Assembly (NCBI RefSeq): GCF_006345805.1
Contig: NC_043011.1
Span: 60,710,464 to 60,774,463, forward strand
Length of the DNA stretch: 64,000 nt
Direction of reading: 5' to 3'
From: Octopus sinensis
Lineage: Eukaryota
Under the pieces are notes generated by a model that was not told the DNA's origin, did no database searches, and worked only from the letters and a program-made list of their open reading frames with translations. Below, piece by piece: positions 38,301 through 49,948 of the stretch. The first letter of the stretch is position 1. Each line of letters begins with the position of its first letter. Made by a program: the position numbers and the translations under genes.

Positions 38301-38493
38301 ATTATTATTAGGAGAGGGCGCTTGCTCCTGGGGTTTCAAGGAAATCTCAGACAGTGGGGTTCCTCGAATATCCCTAGGGGCCTTCGTGTATCAGGAGGGC
38401 CACATCTCTATCCTCCTTCCCGTCACTTATTTTCCTTAAACCTTTGTCTGCTATACATATATCCCTTCTTTTTCTATGAATACCCTGTACACT

Positions 38494-38544
<51 letters not shown>

Positions 38545-38632
38545 ATCTTCTTATTTATCATTTCATTATATGTAAACCCCAACACTTTGTCTTTGTATTG
38601 CCCCTTTCATTCTTCGCCCTTGTGGAATATAT

Positions 38633-38838
38633 ATTTCTTTACTACCCACAAGGGGCTAAACATAGAGGGGGCAAACAAGGACAGACAAACGGATCAAGTC
38701 GATTACATCGACCCCAGTGCGTAACTGGTACTTAATTTATCGACCCCGAAAGGACGAAAGGCAAAGTCGACCTCGACGGAATTTGAACTCAGAACGTAAC
38801 GGCAGACGAAATACCGCTAAGCATTTCGCCCGGCGTGC
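38633..38838 (-). mobile_element. SINE family B, young copy
   Basis: Near-consensus sequence with CpGs intact. Confidence 0.88.
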
Positions 38839-39465
38839 TTGAAATCCTCCTCATCATCATCATAAAACCACCATGCACCACGCACTTCGTCATTTGCCGG
38901 CCAAATGTAGTACACACACACACACACACACACATGCTTGTCTTGCACACATCACACTGTGTACACACAAACAATAATAATAACAACAACATCGAACCGC
39001 TGCACACCACTCTTCTTCTTCTTCTTCTTCTTCTTCTTCTTCTTCTTCTGCCGCTGCTACACTGCAGCGAGGACAGAATTCTCGCTTGTTTACAAACTAC
39101 TTTCTTCTTTTCTCTAAGGATTTCTCGCGAAAAGAAACAAAACGATCGACATTTTTTTTTCTTCTCTTTTCTTTTTCCATTTTTTTTCCATTTTTTTTCT
39201 TTTGCTTCAAACTAACGTCAACTACCAAATACTTTAATCACCACCACCACCACCACCACCACTACCACCACCACCACCACCACCACAACCACCACAGCAA
39301 CACTACAACCTCTGTGACTAACAGCGCCACCACCACTGGCATCCCAACCACCATCGCCGCCACAATCGCAACCATCACCACCACCACCACCACCACTACC
39401 ACCGCCGCCGCCACCGCCACAACCACCACCAAAAACAGCAACAACAACAGTACAACCACTATCGT

Positions 39466-39844
39466 GGCACTCCGTCGGTTTCGACGACGAGGGTTCCAGT
39501 TGATCCGATCAACGGAACAGCCTGCTCGTGACATTAATGTGCAATTGGCTGAGCACTCCACAGACATGTATACCCTTAACGTGGTTCTCAGGGGAGATTC
39601 AGCGTGACCCAAACTGTGGCAAAGCTGGCCCCTTTGAAATACTGGTACAACAGAAACAGGAAAGAAAAAGTGAGAGAAAGTTGTGGCGAAAGAGTAGAGC
39701 AGGGATCGCCACCTCTCCCCTGCAGGAGCCTCGCGGACCTCTGGGTGTTTTCGCTCAATAAACACAACGCCCGGTCTAGGAATCGAAACCGCGATTCTAC
39801 GAACGCGAGTCCACTGCTCTAACCACCGAGCCATTGCGCCTCCA
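39466..39844 (-). mobile_element. tRNA-headed SINE: family D head with the family E 3' tail
   Basis: Head GGAGGCGCAATGGCTCGGTGGTTAGAGCAGTGGACTCGC...GGTTTCGATTCC; tail shared with 45513-45834. Confidence 0.8.
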
Positions 39845-40172
39845 CACAGCTACAATCACTATAATTAACACCACCATGTCCACAACAACTACTACTACCA
39901 CCACAACCATCACCGCCACCGCAATCACCACCACCACCACCGCCGCCGTATTACCCACCACCATCACCTTCGTCTAATAGACGAATGTTATAGTGGTGGT
40001 GGTGGAGGCGGGGGTGTTGTTTTGAAATATGCTCGACAGGTTGGAGTCTGGTGTTTCTTGTTCTTTAAGATGAAAGTCTTTAAGATGTTATTTTGGTAGA
40101 AAATATGAGTTTATGGATGTTTGGTTGAAGAGAAGAAAGTTTTGAGCAGAAGTTGAGAGAGAGAGAGAGAGA

Positions 40173-40206
<34 letters not shown>

Positions 40207-40849
40207 GGAGAGAAAGAAGCAAAGAGCAAAAGGCAAAAGAAAGAAAGAAGAAAACGAAGCCATGTACCATGTTTAATATCAGCGTGTAAAAAGGAACGTG
40301 TGTATATTTTTGTATATATTTATTTGAACATGTATTAACTAAAAGTAGGTGTTTATAGCACATGCACACACACACACATACACGCACATACACACATACA
40401 CGCACACACATACACACACACGCACACACACGCACACACGCACATACACGCACATACACACACACACGCACACACACATGCACAAGCACTCATTTATTCA
40501 CACGCATTTAACCTCGGGCGCACACACACACACACACACACACACAACATACGTTATGTTAATGTGTCTGTGTGTGTATGTGTTTGTATGTATTTATGTG
40601 CGTATGAGTGTGTGTTCGTGTGTGTGTGTGAGATTCTTTTTGCTTTCGTGTCTAATTAAACAGTTTTCGCTCCAAATAATAAACAAATATCTGTTATTCT
40701 TTATTTCAACTTTATGTTTGTATAAATATACAACTTAATTACACCAGTGGCTTTACACGCACGCACACACCACACGCACACACACAAACACATGCATACA
40801 AATATAGATATATATATGTATGTATATGTGTATATATATACATATATAT

Positions 40850-41110
40850 TATATAAAATCCGTTCTGTCTGTCTGTGTGTGTCTTCTAGGATCTCGGGCA
40901 TCCTACATCCAAATGCGCTCAAATTTAATATGTAGATACCGACGTTATCAGGGCGTGTATAAGTCTTGAAAAAATTACAAAAATCGATTCCAGGTGAGAA
41001 TGCGATCGATAAGCCGTGGGGAAACGTGGCATTTGTTAAAAATCGTTTTTCTTGGAATAGAAAAAAGTCTATTTTTAATTCTTCTTTCTCTGTTTGCTGG
41101 TGTCTCAAAT
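40850..41110. mobile_element. Possible Helitron/Helentron-type non-autonomous fragment
   Basis: Starts 'tatataaaatccgttctgtctgtctgtgt', resembling the 5' ends of DINE/HINE-like elements. No 3' hairpin or CTRR was found. Confidence 0.3.
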
Positions 41111-41262
41111 TTAGGTTAAATCAGTGTTTCTCAAAGGGCAGGCCTATGGGACGGTCGGACAAGTTGTTTTGAAAAAAATTTGGTTTAAATGTTTGACAGC
41201 TCACCACCGGGGGGAGGGGGCGTTTTGCTCGTATATATATATACACACACACATATATGTAA

Positions 41263-41413
41263 GGCGTAGGAGTGGCTGTGTGGTAAGTAATTTGCTTGCG
41301 AACCACATAGTTCCGGATTCAGTCTGGCAACTTGGGCAAGTGTCTTCTACTATAGCCTCGGGCCAATCAAGCCTTGTGAGTGGCTTTTGGTAGACAGAAA
41401 ACTGTCGTATATA

Positions 41414-41467
<54 letters not shown>

Positions 41468-41666
41468 ATATATATGTATATATATATATGGAGTAGTATG
41501 TATGTATGTATTATGTATGTATGTATGTATGTGTGTGTGTGTGTGTGTAATGTGTTTGTGTGTCTGTGTTAGTCCCCCAACATTGCTTGACCACCGATGC
41601 TGGTGTGTTTACGTCCCCGTAACTTAGCGGTTCGGCAAGAGACCGATAGAATAAATACTAGGCTTA
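41263..41666 (+). mobile_element. SINE family A
   Basis: Matches other copies. Confidence 0.85.
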
Positions 41667-41815
41667 TACTAGACATATATATATATGGAAAAAATTTACG
41701 ACCTTCCAGGTCAATGGACCATTATTGTTCCTGAAAGTTGTTCTCTACATCTCGTACGGTCTGCTCGAAGCTTACTAACTTCTTACACTTTGATCCTTGG
41801 ATCTTTTACTCACAT

Positions 41816-41881
<66 letters not shown>

Positions 41882-42159
41882 CAGGAGTGATAGGTATTTT
41901 TTTCCCTCTAAAGCTCTTGTCTCTCCACACGTAAGCACACATACTTAACGTTTACTCTCTTCCTATTTCTTGCTCTGTCTGTAAGGAACAGCTAGTTTTT
42001 CACGTATGTTTAATTGAAAAGCTAACTTCAAATGTGATCTTTAAATTATCATTTTTTCTATTATATTAACAATTTTTTTCATATTTCATTGTTTATAGAA
42101 AGTAGGATATTCTCCAGAATTTAATTTCAATTACAAACAAAATAAAAAATATTGATTTC

Positions 42160-42885
42160 AAGAATTTTGTATAAGGCCAGTAATTTCAAGGGAAGGAGTA
42201 AGTCGATTGGTACACGGACCCAGGGTCCAACTGGTACTCATTTTATTGTTCCTGAAAGGTTGAAAGGACAAATTCGACCTCATCGGAATTTGAACTCCGA
42301 ACGTAAAGTCGGAAAAAGTACCGCCGAGCATTTTGTACGGCGTGCAAACGATTCTTTTTTACTCTAGGTACAAGGCCCGAAATTCTTAGGGAGGGAGCCA
42401 GGCGATTAGATCGACTCCAAGACTCAACTGGTACTAATTTATCGACCCCCGAAAGGATGAAAGGCAAAGTCGACCTCGGCGGAATTTGAACTCAGAACGT
42501 AGCGGCAGACGAAATACCTATCGCTACTACTCTTCTTTACTACCACACAGGGGGCTAAACACAGAGGAGACAACAAGGACAGACAGACGGATTAAGTTGA
42601 TTATATCGACCCCAGTGCGTAACTGGTACTTATTTATTCGACCCCGAAAGGATGACAGGCAAAGTTGACCTCGGCGGTATTTGAACTCAGAACGTGAAGT
42701 CGGAATAAGTACCTATTTCTTTACTACCCAGAAGGGGCTAAACACAGAGAGGACAAACAAACGGATTAAGTCGATTACATCGACCCCAGTGCGTAACTGG
42801 TGCTTAATTTATCGACCACGAAAGGATGAAAGGCAAAGTCGACCTCGGCGGAATTTGAACTCAGAACGTAGCGGCAGACGAAATG
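42160..42885 (-). mobile_element. Tandem array of about 4 family B SINE units
   Basis: Repeated 'gaaaggcaaagtcgacctcggcggaatttgaactcagaacgt' blocks. Confidence 0.85.
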
Positions 42886-43027
42886 CACGGTTGCTTGCGT
42901 GTATTTGGCGTATTTTGATTGATCAGCATAACAGCCCAAAGTCGACGACGCTCTCTTTGCCATTTATCTCCCCTACCTTCAACTCTCACTCCGGCTCTAT
43001 TATATATATATATCTATATATACATAT

Positions 43028-43070
<43 letters not shown>

Positions 43071-43506
43071 GACATATATATATATAGTATATATAGCAAT
43101 ATAGATATATTATATATATATTATATAGTAGAAAAATACAAACTGGGACAAGAACGTAAAACATTTAGAAGACGATACAAAAAACAAACGGGCGGGACAT
43201 TCGAAGCTTTCAATCTTCAAGAAAACCGGATCATCGTAGCAATTTCGGCTGATTAATCTTGAGATCGCTCCGATCCGGCCAGCCCCAAGGAAAAACTAAG
43301 CTACGAGCATTAGATTTGTTGGAAGAAGAATCGAATGTATACGAAACAGGGAAAGAAAAACGGACGATGTCACACGAATATAAAATACAAAAGACAATAA
43401 TGAAATACAAAAAACAATAATGGTAAAAACAGGACGAAAACAGCGGGTGTCCTACGACTAATAAACAGTACAAGTTTAGCTGGCGTATTTGGAAAAAAAT
43501 GCCTTA

Positions 43507-43555
<49 letters not shown>

Positions 43556-43884
43556 TACACACACAGACACACAAATATATAAAAAAGACAATGCTCATTG
43601 TTATATTAGGAGATTATACATACATTATAACACTTTACAGTATACATACATATATACATAATTCTATGCATCCTTCGATCTAAAATAACAGGATTACAAA
43701 GGAAAGACCGGAATTGAAGAGAAGAGAAAGCCAAAAGGTCTCATAATATTCATTGTAGGATTTTATTTCAGATATTCTCATTTTAAAAATCATCTCCGGT
43801 TAATCGTTGAGAGGACGTTGGTGTTGCCTTGGCGGACGTTGGCGCTCTCTGAGTGCTCTTATTATTATTATTACTTTGTCCTTT

Positions 43885-43927
43885 GTCAGAAATCTTTCGT
43901 TACACATCCTGTGCACTCTTCAGTGAC
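43885..43927 (-). ncRNA. Type-I hammerhead ribozyme, canonical core
   Basis: Minus strand reads GUCA CUGAAGA GUGCAC-AGGAU-GUGUAAC GAAA GAUUU C UGAC. Stem I is GUCA/UGAC; stem III AGAUUU is near-palindromic. Confidence 0.75.
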
Positions 43928-43932
43928 TCTCC

Positions 43933-43966
43933 ATCCTACGCGTTTCATCCCGTTCTCCTCAGGCAA
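43933..43966 (-). ncRNA. Second hammerhead motif in tandem (canonical core, weak stems I and II)
   Basis: Minus strand reads UUGC CUGAGGA GAACGGGAU GAAA CGCG UA GGAU; palindromic stem III ACGCGU; GUA triplet. Confidence 0.55.
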
Positions 43967-44023
43967 ATAGAATAATCCATAGAATGGACTAAATAGAGAT
44001 AAAATTGGACACGTACGATAGGG

Positions 44024-44066
44024 AGTCGCTGGAGAGGACACGGGATGTGTGATGAAAAATTTTAGA
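44024..44066 (+). ncRNA. Degenerate inverted copy of the 43885-43927 hammerhead
   Basis: agtcg ctggaga ggacac gggat gtgtgat gaaa aatttt aga aligns to the minus-strand motif. Confidence 0.45.
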
Positions 44067-44877
44067 AAAAAACCGATAAATTGGAGGTCAAACAAGTCGT
44101 GCTTGTGTGTTTTATTGGTAAAATATGACTATCTCCAAGTAGGACCAAATTTGTTTCAACACACGGTTTCGCATCAGGAGTTTTGCGAAACAAACACACA
44201 AATGACAAAGACTTTCATCCAGTTTCTTAGACAACAGCGAGACAAGGAAGTCAAAAGTTCAAGTCAGACATTTATTAACAATATATAATACACACACACA
44301 CACACACACACACATATATGTATGTATGGGTATATGTATGTATATATGCATGCATGTATGTATGCATGCATGCATGCATGTATGTATGCATGCATGCAGT
44401 ATGTATGTATGTATGTATGTATGATGTCTATGTATATATGTATATAATAATATTATAATTGTGTGTGTATATATATGTATATATATTATAATATATATAC
44501 ATATGTATATGTATGTATATATATACTATGTATATATATATATGTGTGTGTATATATATTTATATAAATGTATATTTATATATTTCTGTATATATATAAT
44601 ATATACATGTATATATATATATAGATATATATATATATATATATATACATGTATATTATATGTTGTGTGTGTGTGTATATATATATATAATGTATATTTA
44701 TATATTTATGTATATATAATATATACATATATATATTTATATAATGTATTGTATGATATGTATATAAAATATGTATATATACATATGTTATATATATTAT
44801 TATATACGCTATATATATTTATATACATGTATGTGTATGTAGATGTATATATAAATATGTATATATACATTGTATAT

Positions 44878-44927
<50 letters not shown>

Positions 44928-44939
44928 TATGGTGAATAA

Positions 44940-45200
44940 ATCAAAATAAGCAACACGATATCCAGAGGTGATGAAGTACGAGCGTTTCAAGCGGTTCCAT
45001 TTAATTGAACAATGCAATCATTACATCAATTTAAATGCAGGGCTATTCTCAGCTACATAAATGAAATTTAAATTTTATTTATTTATTTATGCAGCTGAGG
45101 ATAGCCCTGCACTGAAATTGATGTAATGATTGCTTTGTTCAATTAAATGGAGCCGCTTGAAACGGCCGTACTGCATGAGTTCTTGATATCCAGTTGCATA
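44940..45200. mobile_element. Fold-back element with a hammerhead on each arm
   Basis: Diverged inverted arms centred near 45070, embedded in (TA)n tracts. Confidence 0.8.
45087..45178 (+). ncRNA. Type-I hammerhead, canonical core, long stem II
   Basis: Stem I UUAUGCAG/CUGCAUGA (8 bp including one G-U); CUGAGGA; 57-nt stem II region (AGC/GCU base, AAUUGA/UCAAUU upper helix); GAA; palindromic stem III ACGGCCGU; A17; predicted cleavage after 45170. Confidence 0.75.
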
Positions 45201-45512
45201 TTTTGCTTATATATGCATACGTATATATATATATGTAGCAGACCAATGTATATGTATGTAAACGTGGAGTAGTTGAAACAGGGACAACTAAAGAAAGGGA
45301 ATATTCCTTAAGTTGTATGTCTCGTTTCTATGCTTTTGTTTTTATGTTTTCGTTTCTCATTGTGTTCAACGTTTTTTTTTTGATGTCCTGTACTCATATA
45401 TGCATGTATATATACATATATATGTAGGTATGTACATATATGTATGTATATATATGCATATATTTATATATTATATTTATGTATATATATATATATATAT
45501 ACATACAATGTG

Positions 45513-45834
45513 AAGGCGCGTGGCTTAGTGGTTAGGGCATTCAACTGACGATTGTAAGGTCGTGAGTTCGATTCCCGGCGATGCGTTGTGTCCTTGAGCA
45601 AGATACTTTATTTCACGTTGCTCCAGTCCACTCAGCTGGCAAAAATGAGTAGTACCTGTATTTCAAAGGGCCGGCCTTGTCACGCTCTGTTTCACGCTGA
45701 ATCTCCCTGAGAACTACGTTAAGGATACACGTGTCTGTGGATTGCTCAGTCACTTGCTCATTAATTTCACGAGTAGGCTGTTCCGTTGATCGTATCAGCT
45801 AGGACCCTCATCGTCGTAACCGACGGAGTGCTCC
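45513..45834 (+). mobile_element. CORE-like tRNA-headed SINE (family E), full length
   Basis: tRNA head with 'gagttcgattccc', CORE-like 'gttgtgtccttgagcaagatactttatttc' block, and 3' tail ending 'gtcgtaaccgacggagtgc'. Confidence 0.8.
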
Positions 45835-46685
45835 CTTTTATATACATACTTATATACATACGTGCACTCACAACACGCACCCACATATGTATGCATATAA
45901 TGTTTAATTAATCACGCCAGGCACGCAGTTGTTCGACCTGTTAGATATAGCAGCGAAATCCTCCCTCGAATAACACGCAACACATCACTCCCGCATATAC
46001 AAACGAGGTCATGAAACGATCATAAAAACTCCGGGTTAAACAACAGCCAACAGCATTGACATTCTTGAACGAGAAATATCTTTAAAAAAAAAAACAGAAA
46101 AGCGGGGGAGAGAACTACAGTGTCGGTGATGATGACGACGACGACGATAAGGGAAGAGGTCGACGCGGGTGATGGCGGGGGTGGGGGTGGGGGTAGGGTA
46201 CGGCTAGGATAAAGACGTGAGCAACTGGTCCCACTTGGTAGCCCTTCTCTCTCTCTCTCTCTCTCCCCTCTCTCTTCCTCTCCGACAGACTTATTTTTAG
46301 TATTGTTGTGCGAGTTGTGTTGAAACTCGGCAGTCGTTAAAACACTTTGTGCAATAAAGACCTCGACGGAGCTAAATATGGATCTGACTGCTCGTATTTC
46401 TGTCTGAAACATCTCTCTCTCTCTCTCTCTCTCTCTCTCCTTCTTTCATTCTCTTGCTCTCTTCCCCTCCCTCTTTCCCTCTCTCTCTCCCTCTCTCACA
46501 TGCACTATGTATGTCGCTTGTCCGCATTTCTTGACGGAAAAGAACTTTAAAATCGCATTACTATTTGACAATATTAATTAGACAAGGAGCTGCTGTTCAT
46601 TTCCCTCTTCTCTCTCTCTCTTCGTATCGTGTGTATGTATATATATATGACACCTTCGTAAATTAATATATATATATATATAATA

Positions 46686-46834
46686 CAGTGTACATTTAAA
46701 CACATTAAGGGGTTTCCATCATAGGAATCCCTTACGCGAGAAAGAACAGCTAAAGTCCAAACCACTTTTGCTGTTCTTTCTAGCGTAAGGGATTCCTATG
46801 ATGGAAACCCCTTAATGTGTTTAAATGTACACTG
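46686..46834. repeat. Near-perfect 65-bp inverted repeat (1 mismatch), possible MITE
   Basis: 46686-46750 versus 46770-46834; ends CAGTG...CACTG with TA on the left side. Confidence 0.9.
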
Positions 46835-46935
46835 AATTTATATGAATAATATATAGTCTATTTACTAATGTTTCTATACTCTAGGCCACTGGTTGTAAAA
46901 ATTTCTAGAATCTTTATTACCCTGATATTATTAAT

Positions 46936-46984
<49 letters not shown>

Positions 46985-47384
46985 ACGGAGAAAAAAGACA
47001 AGAAGAAAAAAACAACAATGTGAGGACGTGGTACATGTAAAGTATTAATATATACTCTTTTACTCGTTTCAGACATGCGACTGCGGTCATGCTGGAGCAC
47101 CACCGTGGTCTTTCTGATTTCCTCAGTCTGCGGTGTTTCGTTGGCTCATTTGGTGTATAAGGGAGTTTGATTCCGCTGCCCTCGTCTGTACCTCATGTCG
47201 GGTTGTTGGTTCATCTGGCATTGTGGAGAAAGAGGCAATTATGTGAATAAACAAATTAGTCACGTTAAATATATTATATTTAATGTGTCTCATTCGTTTA
47301 TCCACATAATTGCCTCTATACCTGCTTAACATGATCCCCCTTACAACCTTTCTTTACCCTGTGGAATCGATCCTCTGTAAAGAC

Positions 47385-47663
47385 ATCTAGAAATTTTGCT
47401 GTCTTGTAAGAGTTTTTAGAAGAGATAGAGCGGTTAAAGTCAGCGAAGAATTTATGTAAGAGTTTTCTAACGTCTTTCTAATGCAGATTTTGTTAGGCTC
47501 GTTGCAATTAACAATGTATTATCTCTATATAAACCTCCTTTGATGTTGAGGAAGTGTGTGTGGAGCTGTTGAAGGAGGTACAGTCCGACTAGATTCGTGA
47601 CCTGGGCGGAGTCGGATGAGCCCTGGTTATATCAACGAAATTGTTTCTATTAGTGTTGAGGTT
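47385..47663 (-). pseudogene. Penelope-like RT fragment, inverted partner copy
   Basis: Minus strand gives ...VGLYLLQQLH...GGLYRDNTLLIA...KFLDV; diverged reverse complement of 47704-47977. Confidence 0.8.
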
Positions 47664-47703
47664 ATTGAGGTTATCCTTCGATAATAAGCTTTGATCCCGT
47701 GCT

Positions 47704-48604
47704 AACCTCAATACTAATAGAAACAATTTCTTTGACATAATCACGGGCTCATTCGACTCCGCTCAGGTCACGGATCTAGTCGGACTGTACTTCCTTCAAC
47801 AGCTCCACACACAATTACCCCACATCAAAGAGGTTTATATAGAGATGATATATTGTTAATTGCAACAGGACTGACAATATCTGCATTAGAAAGAACTAGA
47901 AAACACATAAACTCTTTGCCAATTTTAACCTATCTATCTCTTTTGAAAACTCTTACAAGACAGAAAACTTTCTAGATATTACATTGGATTTAAACTCTTC
48001 ACTTTACTTCTCATATCATAAACCCAATCAATACGTTAAGCACAACAATACAGAATCTAGCCATCATAAATCTACTTTCGCGAGTATAATCAAAAGCATA
48101 TCCATCAGAATATCCGATCTATCCGCCACCGAGGAAATCTTTAATAACTACGCCACTTACTACAACCAAGCTCTAGCCACTAATGGTTTCTCCCAGAAGA
48201 TTAGACTTATTGGATACCCAAACCCACCCACTATAGTTAGGCAATCTCGCCCGCCTAGCACCCAGATGCATAACACTAGATCTAAGGATACTAACATTAA
48301 ACCCTGCAACTCTCCTCTAACATACACAAGAAATTACACGGCCCCTGATTTACCTAATAAAAGCGGCGGGAGATCAATTCTCTGGTACACGCTTCCATTC
48401 GCTTTAAACGTTAAGGGCCTTGCTAAAACATTCTTTAAGATAGTAGACTCTAATTTCCCACTTAACTACAAATATCATTCTACCTTTAACAGATCCACTC
48501 TGAAATTATCCTATTCCTCTACACCAAATATAGAATCTATTATCACTTCCTCTAACAAACGTAAACTTAGCTCTTACTATCTAAATGCCGGCAACCCTAC
48601 CTAG
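47704..48604 (+). pseudogene. Penelope-like element (PLE) reverse transcriptase fragment, frameshifted
   Basis: FDIITGSFDSAQVTDLVGLYFL, then GLYRDD (47838-47849), FLDITLDL, YHKPNQYV..SHH..I.RIS, and WYTLPF...FNRSTLKLSYS. These are hallmark PLE RT palm and thumb motifs. Confidence 0.88.
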
Positions 48605-49419
48605 ACCTACACAACAAAAACACTAACACCGATCGCAATAACATAGCCAACGCCCCTGGCCCCAACACTTTAAATAACTTATACATATAGGTGCAGGAAT
48701 GACTGTGTGGTAAGTACCTATAGGCACAGGAGTGGCTGTGTGGTAAGTAGCTTGCTTACCAACCACATGGTACTGTGTTCAGTCCCACTGCGTGACACCT
48801 TGGGCGAGTGTCTTCTGCTATAGTCTCGGGCCAACCAAAGCCTTGTGAGTGGATTTGGTAGACGGAAATTGAAAGAAGCCCGTCGTATGTGTGTGTGTGT
48901 GTGTGTGTATATATATACATATGTGTGTGTATGTGTGTGTGTATATATCAATATGCGTTTACTGTATATATTTCCTATGGTGAGTAGAAATGAGTTTCCG
49001 TATAAAATATGTCACAATTTCCATAAACGAGAACATGCATGTCTATAACACACGAAGAGATTATAAATGTCAGACATTGTACAAATACAACGTACATTAT
49101 AGACTATTGAACATAATTCAAACGATCTTGATTGTAATATATAGTTGGAGTGACACACTTTGGTAGTTTGTACTAAATATGCAGGACCACACGTGACTAA
49201 ACGGATCTAATCCAGCATTTGTATGTGTGAGCGCGCGTGCGTGTGTGTGTGTGAAGAATCTGCTTCCAATCAGATTTCCTTTGTCACTACATGCGAGCAC
49301 AACCTCGGATTATTCGCGGCAGAAACAAGGAAAATGCCCCTTCTATTTGAACACTATACAAATATTCTTTTAAAAAAACTTTTCTTTTAATTTTTCTAAA
49401 TTTAATTGTTTAATTGTTA

Positions 49420-49455
49420 CAGTTGAAAAAATCTCAATGACTGAAACCGGTACTG
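49420..49455 (+). ncRNA. Hammerhead, U3-A8 variant (stem II eroded)
   Basis: CAG UUGAAAA AAUC-UCAAU-GACU GAAA CCGG UA CUG; palindromic stem III ACCGGU. Confidence 0.6.
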
Positions 49456-49589
49456 AAATGTTTTTTATAAAATTATTTTAGCATTTTCTATCTTGACTTT
49501 TTTTCCATATATATATATATATAATGTATGTATGTAAACTTATTTGGAAATGGATGCGTCTCGTTCAATTAAATAATAGATAATAGATA

Positions 49590-49659
<70 letters not shown>

Positions 49660-49746
49660 AAGGGTGGAAAGGAACACACGAGTTGATATATATGAAAAAA
49701 CAAGTCAAAAATAGAAAATGCTAAGATAATTTTATAGTGAATCTTT

Positions 49747-49783
49747 CAGTACCGTTTCGGTCATTTTGAGACCTTTTCAACTG
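49747..49783 (-). ncRNA. Hammerhead, U3-A8 variant, in the loop of a perfect inverted repeat of about 61 bp
   Basis: Minus strand reads CAG UUGAAAA GGUC-UCAAAAU-GACC GAAA CGG UA CUG. IR arms are 49686-49746 and 49818-49878. Confidence 0.7.
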
Positions 49784-49866
49784 TACGATTAATAATTAAA
49801 TTTAGAAAAATTAGAAGAAAGATTCACTATAAAATTATCTTAGCATTTTCTATTTTTGACTTGTTT

Positions 49867-49948
<82 letters not shown>

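Noticed and set aside
39770-39844. tRNA genes at SINE heads (also 7711, 45513, 62408, 62490 and others)
   Set aside because: A/B boxes are present, but the cloverleaf and acceptor stem are incomplete and the sequence continues into SINE bodies.
44161-44190. CUGAUG-C-GAAAC on the minus strand
   Set aside because: A9, stem II and stem I are missing; it is just an 8-bp local hairpin.
46686-46834. Calling the perfect hairpins (8172, 46686) miRNA genes
   Set aside because: Near-perfect long arms are more typical of MITEs or inverted duplications, and no small-RNA evidence is available.
47984-48604. 206-aa ORF as a host gene
   Set aside because: It is the thumb region of a frameshifted, 5'-truncated PLE reverse transcriptase with no true start codon.
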